64,000 nt of DNA from Lytechinus pictus (lineage: Eukaryota). Within the stretch, counting starts at the first letter, position 1; every line of letters begins with the position of its first letter. A program made the translations under genes and the position numbers. The stretch is from positions 7,936,001 to 8,000,000 of the forward strand of contig NW_026974140.1 of the NCBI RefSeq assembly GCF_037042905.1. Reading direction: 5' to 3'. Under the pieces are notes generated by a model. That model did not search any database. It worked only from the letters and a program-made list of their open reading frames with translations, and was not told the origin of the DNA. Below are positions 63,601 through 64,000 of the stretch, one piece after another.

Positions 63601-63823
63601 GTGTGAAAGTTCAGCTTTTTAGCTGATTTCAGTTTTTTTTTATTTTTTAAGATCATTTTGATTTTTTGGGTGTAACTTCTCTGTACAAAGGTATATGATA
63701 TTTTGATCTTATGCTGACCGAGTTTATTGTTTATTGATTGACAGCTGAAGATTCCATTGATCTCACAACAAGACACTCGGATTGACCAGACAAGAGATAT
63801 TATCCTTGCTGCAATGAAGGAAG
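9585..63823 (+). CDS. ARHGEF18: Multi-exon Lbc-subfamily Rho guanine nucleotide exchange factor (DH-PH plus coiled coil), ARHGEF18/28/AKAP13/ARHGEF2-like; partial at both ends
   Basis: Manually spliced GT-AG exons with consistent phases give ESWSVMAEKK-TMKKMSSKEIKRQDVIFEFIKTEKHHLRTLKIMQK (DH CR1), IGDILVDQF, ECILSVSSRLTKYQLL (CR3), LLTDVLLLLTE and GPEMYEV (PH). The symbol marks the closest family label; the gene may be co-orthologous to all four vertebrate paralogues. Confidence 0.9.
9722..10289. mobile_element. Kolobok-type MITE with long TIRs and TTAA target duplication
   Basis: ttaa|agggatggtccaggctgaaa ... tttcagcccggaccatccct|ttaa; imperfect inverted arms of ~200 bp. Confidence 0.85.
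10785..10820 (+). CDS. Candidate alternative first coding exon of the RhoGEF (MERSWAWHDVDE)
   Basis: gccATGG Kozak context, 12 codons, gag|gtaaga donor in phase 0 matching exon 15289. Confidence 0.5.
12298..12491 (+). pseudogene. Truncated KolX / P2X7-ballast-like Cys-rich protein N-terminus
   Basis: YAFQP...RVGRNDWCRCGNCPVMPTARESI matches the YxFEP...WCxCGxCxxMxTxxExxCC pattern; cut before the CC. Confidence 0.75.
12490..12677 (-). pseudogene. Truncated THAP zinc finger (N-terminus of the transposase gene)
   Basis: MPMCQAYGC...FSIP...CAQWLHNI...RVVCED; cut at the conserved HF. Confidence 0.85.
14143..14442 (+). mobile_element. tRNA-derived SINE, full length
   Basis: A box tggtgtagcgg, B box gttcgaatcc, (TTA)n tail, TSD ttcatg; second copy at 43657. 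Confidence 0.9.
15289..15347 (+). CDS. RhoGEF exon (MPFQSQGSSSDVRSPLGNAG), phase 0 to 2
   Basis: ctttcttatctgtattag acceptor, tgg|gtaagt donor. Confidence 0.7.
15515..15678. mobile_element. Palindromic Tourist/Harbinger-like MITE
   Basis: ~55-bp near-perfect inverted arms (ggtcacatttg.tctacggcggccgtacggcgagtcgaaaacagccgttt); flanks tta/taa. Confidence 0.8.
18014..18067 (+). CDS. Candidate 54-nt symmetric cassette exon (IELGKWHWNRVAIKLGV)
   Basis: ccag acceptor after a long C/T-rich tract, gaa|gtaagt donor, phase 2-2, open frame. Confidence 0.55.
19131..19684. mobile_element. Non-autonomous DNA transposon with poly-G/poly-C TIRs and 8-bp TSD, nested in an older degenerate MITE (~18993-19970)
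   Basis: ccgg(G)n-cactc ... gagtac(C)n-gg termini; TSD actatttt on both sides; outer arms gtatctcattga / tcagtgagatac. Confidence 0.75.
22906..23230 (+). mobile_element. Decayed tRNA-derived SINE with internal (TAG)n expansion
   Basis: tggccaagtgg A-box-like, ggttcaaatcc B box, aatgggtac core shared with the intact SINEs. Confidence 0.55.
25303..25359 (+). CDS. RhoGEF exon (TIEENEENDGGPGSPPKTG), phase 2 to 2
   Basis: ggcag acceptor, tgg|gtaagt donor, joins exon 30280 in frame. Confidence 0.75.
25481..26133. mobile_element. Kolobok-type TTAA MITE (same family as 50350, opposite orientation)
   Basis: ttaa|aggggaagttcaccctga ... tcagagtgaacttccctc|ttaa. Confidence 0.85.
25675..25756 (+). mobile_element. 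82-bp Penelope-like terminal fragment with a minimal hammerhead-like motif
   Basis: 13-bp TSD gaaatctaatttt; ccgacga-stem-gaaa-gctt motif; homologous to the reverse complement of 40184-40247. Confidence 0.7.
27706..28696 (+). mobile_element. Non-autonomous mini-DIRS (tyrosine-recombinase retrotransposon derivative)
   Basis: ~150-bp ITRs (27706-27868 / 28509-28658), right-end extension, ICR at 28356-28453 complementary to both termini, YR C-terminal remnant ILRTAFWRSPNSFTSLYLK. Confidence 0.85.
30280..30424 (+). CDS. RhoGEF exon, pre-DH region (LGNNNISYSVESLDE...EPESWSVMAEKK)
   Basis: ctctag acceptor, aag|gtatgg donor; ESWS motif typical of the Lbc-family N-terminal DH extension. Confidence 0.88.
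31770..31821 (+). CDS. RhoGEF exon, DH start (TMKKMSSKEIKRQDVIF)
   Basis: KRQDVI motif; ag/gtaagt boundaries. Confidence 0.92.
32542..33920 (+). mobile_element. Non-autonomous Helentron/HINE-like element, family C, with triplicated 5' end
   Basis: 5' subTIR+IR taggtgatctgtc..gacagatca (x3), 3' subTIR gacagatcaccta + hairpin aattcgtc-ctcat-gacgaatt + ctagtt. Confidence 0.75.
36066..37023 (+). mobile_element. Helentron/HINE-like element, family A, ~4.5 internal repeats
   Basis: gtctcacctgcat / atgcaggtgagac subTIRs, gtgagac IR, repeat spacings of 192, 163 and 162 bp. Confidence 0.85.
37064..37116 (+). CDS. RhoGEF exon, DH CR1 (EFIKTEKHHLRTLKIMQK)
   Basis: TExHHxRTL motif; cag/gtaggt boundaries. 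Confidence 0.93.
37810..37983 (+). CDS. RhoGEF exon, DH (IFSYGMQNELH...IERIGDILVDQ)
   Basis: FPxLDE and IGDIL motifs; tag/gtaaat boundaries. Confidence 0.93.
40184..41420 (-). mobile_element. Penelope-like 3' fragment replacing the RT core of the LINE
   Basis: Left end is the reverse complement of the 25675-25756 fragment; LINE homology stops at about 40183 and resumes at about 41421. Confidence 0.6.
40511..41252. mobile_element. MITE with 17-bp TIR and AATT 4-bp TSD (Sola1-like by TSD)
   Basis: aatt|ctcgctaccccaaatag ... ctatttggggtagcgag|aatt. Confidence 0.75.
43657..43962 (+). mobile_element. tRNA-derived SINE (second copy)
   Basis: Closely similar to 14143-14442 along its length; A/B boxes, (TTA)n tail. 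Confidence 0.9.
45122..46366. mobile_element. Non-autonomous hAT (Charlie-like) element
   Basis: 8-bp TSD aattaaga; termini cagccattctcaat / attgagaacccctg. Confidence 0.8.
45453..45672. mobile_element. Small hAT-like MITE nested in the 45122 element
   Basis: TSD gctgaagc/gttgaagc; termini aagtggcgta / tacgccagtg. Confidence 0.7.
46912..47037 (+). CDS. RhoGEF exon, DH CR2 (FDGENGDRMMMAYGCLCSQQNEA...FQAFIK)
   Basis: YGxxCSxxNEA motif; tag/gtaaga boundaries. Confidence 0.93.
47353..47470 (+). CDS. RhoGEF exon, DH CR3 (KCSTNALCRRWTIPECILSVSSRLTKYQLLIEAIIKPTK)
   Basis: IPECIL..RLTKY motif; cag/gtgcgc boundaries. Confidence 0.92.
47920..47981 (+). CDS. RhoGEF exon, DH (IKATDKIDTHDLTRALELVK)
   Basis: DLxxALxLVK motif; gcag/gtaaat boundaries. 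Confidence 0.9.
48319..48441 (+). CDS. RhoGEF exon, DH end and linker (AICHDVNMQV...LKSGKKFK)
   Basis: RLxEIYNK and KSGxxF motifs; gcag/gtaaat boundaries. Confidence 0.92.
48486..48558. repeat. (TTTCTTTTC)n microsatellite
   Basis: Directly visible 9-bp period. Confidence 0.9.
48766..48930 (+). CDS. RhoGEF exon, PH N-terminal half (KSDLLANRKLRHEGELYWKNAR...FASQDNK)
   Basis: LLTDVLLLLxE and KYxFAS motifs; acag/gtaagt boundaries. Confidence 0.94.
50062..50245 (+). CDS. RhoGEF exon, PH C-terminal half (PPVIPLFKLMVRDVA...GPEMYEV...CPAD)
   Basis: PPVIxLxKLxVRxVA and GPEMYE motifs, PH helix Trp; gcag/gtaaga boundaries. Confidence 0.94.
50350..50814. mobile_element. Kolobok-type TTAA MITE
   Basis: ttaa|agggtaagttcacc ... 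ggtgaacttcccct|ttaa. Confidence 0.85.
51198..51287 (+). CDS. RhoGEF exon, post-PH coiled coil (DPVDSGIDNNNEEEEKKKAEERALRMKKLL)
   Basis: ttag/gtaagt boundaries, phase 1-1. Confidence 0.88.
52115..52509. mobile_element. Kolobok-type TTAA MITE inside the Harbinger
   Basis: ttaa|agataaatg ... catttatct|ttaa. Confidence 0.75.
54064..55900 (+). pseudogene. Spliced MADF (Myb/SANT-like) protein pseudogene with a possible C-terminal BESS-like motif (Harbinger accessory gene)
   Basis: Exon 54064-54193 MEEALILEV*ENPILYDKRLEMFKDTEVKNDV*HDIG; exon 54759-54905 LRDNFLKKRQKMERKSGDGA...KYKYSEAMEFLLPHI; exon from 55538 with DPFFSSLSPIV; stops and frameshifts. Confidence 0.82.
57321..57901. mobile_element. 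Degenerate Kolobok-type TTAA MITE inside the Harbinger
   Basis: ttaa|gaacaagtccacccca ... tgggtggatttgacat|ttaa with long imperfect arms. Confidence 0.7.
58606..60172 (+). repeat. Tandem array of 10 x ~155-158 bp units inside the family B element
   Basis: Unit starts at 58606, 58758, 58915, 59072, 59230, 59385, 59542, 59700, 59855, 60010. Confidence 0.95.
60660..60766 (+). CDS. RhoGEF exon, coiled coil (EMMHAKDKELNSIISDKMRLVGELKE...)
   Basis: ttag/gtgagt boundaries, phase 1 to 0; KDxxL....K pattern of the Lbc post-PH region. Confidence 0.85.
61301..62157 (+). mobile_element. Helentron/HINE-like element, family A (third copy)
   Basis: Same termini and repeat unit as 839 and 36066. Confidence 0.85.
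62190..63525. repeat. Pyrimidine-rich minisatellite (~33-38 bp unit ccttttactctcctccatttcttcctccctctc...) with a 472-bp higher-order duplication
   Basis: Unit visible directly; diagnostic variants recur at 62231/62703 and 62342/62814. Confidence 0.92.
63745..63823 (+). CDS. RhoGEF exon (LKIPLISQQDTRIDQTRDIILAAMKE)
   Basis: acag/gtatgt boundaries, phase 0 to 1; LxxAxKE motif. Confidence 0.82.
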
Positions 63824-64000
63824 GTATGTGGAAGAATATCTCTCTCCTCTCTTTCTCTCTGACCCTCCTCTTTCTAACTCCTCTCTTCCCTCTCTTCAAC
63901 AATTTCTCTTACTCAATCTGGCTCATCTCTCTGTATTTCAACCTCTCCCTTTCTCATTTCCTCTCTCTCTCAGACTTTCCTTTCTCCCCTACACTCTTCA

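Overview
AT-rich eukaryotic DNA, probably from a marine invertebrate. The repeat repertoire suggests an echinoderm such as a sea urchin; this is inference. The window holds the middle of one large plus-strand gene for an Lbc-subfamily DH-PH Rho GEF (ARHGEF18/ARHGEF28/AKAP13/ARHGEF2-like). I traced 17 phase-compatible GT-AG exons from 9585 to 63823, plus two candidate alternative first coding exons (10785 and 25214/25229). Both ends of the gene lie outside the traced region. The introns are packed with often nested transposons: (1) three families of Helentron/HINE-like elements, two carrying ~155-163 bp tandem arrays rich in the nuclear-receptor DR1 motif AGGTCAaAGGTCA; (2) an internally deleted Kolobok-type element that fuses a THAP fragment to a convergent KolX/P2X7-ballast-like fragment, plus several TTAA MITEs; (3) a ~1 kb mini-DIRS with both ITRs and its ICR; (4) a 7.2 kb Harbinger carrying only a decayed spliced MADF(-BESS) gene; (5) a Tx1/L1 LINE, a CR1/L2-group LINE fragment, Penelope fragments with a minimal hammerhead-like motif, two tRNA-derived SINEs and hAT-like elements. 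There is one assembly gap (8678-9380). I found no prokaryotic systems and no CRISPR array, and I cannot claim a new biological system. The best candidates for novelty are listed under findings.
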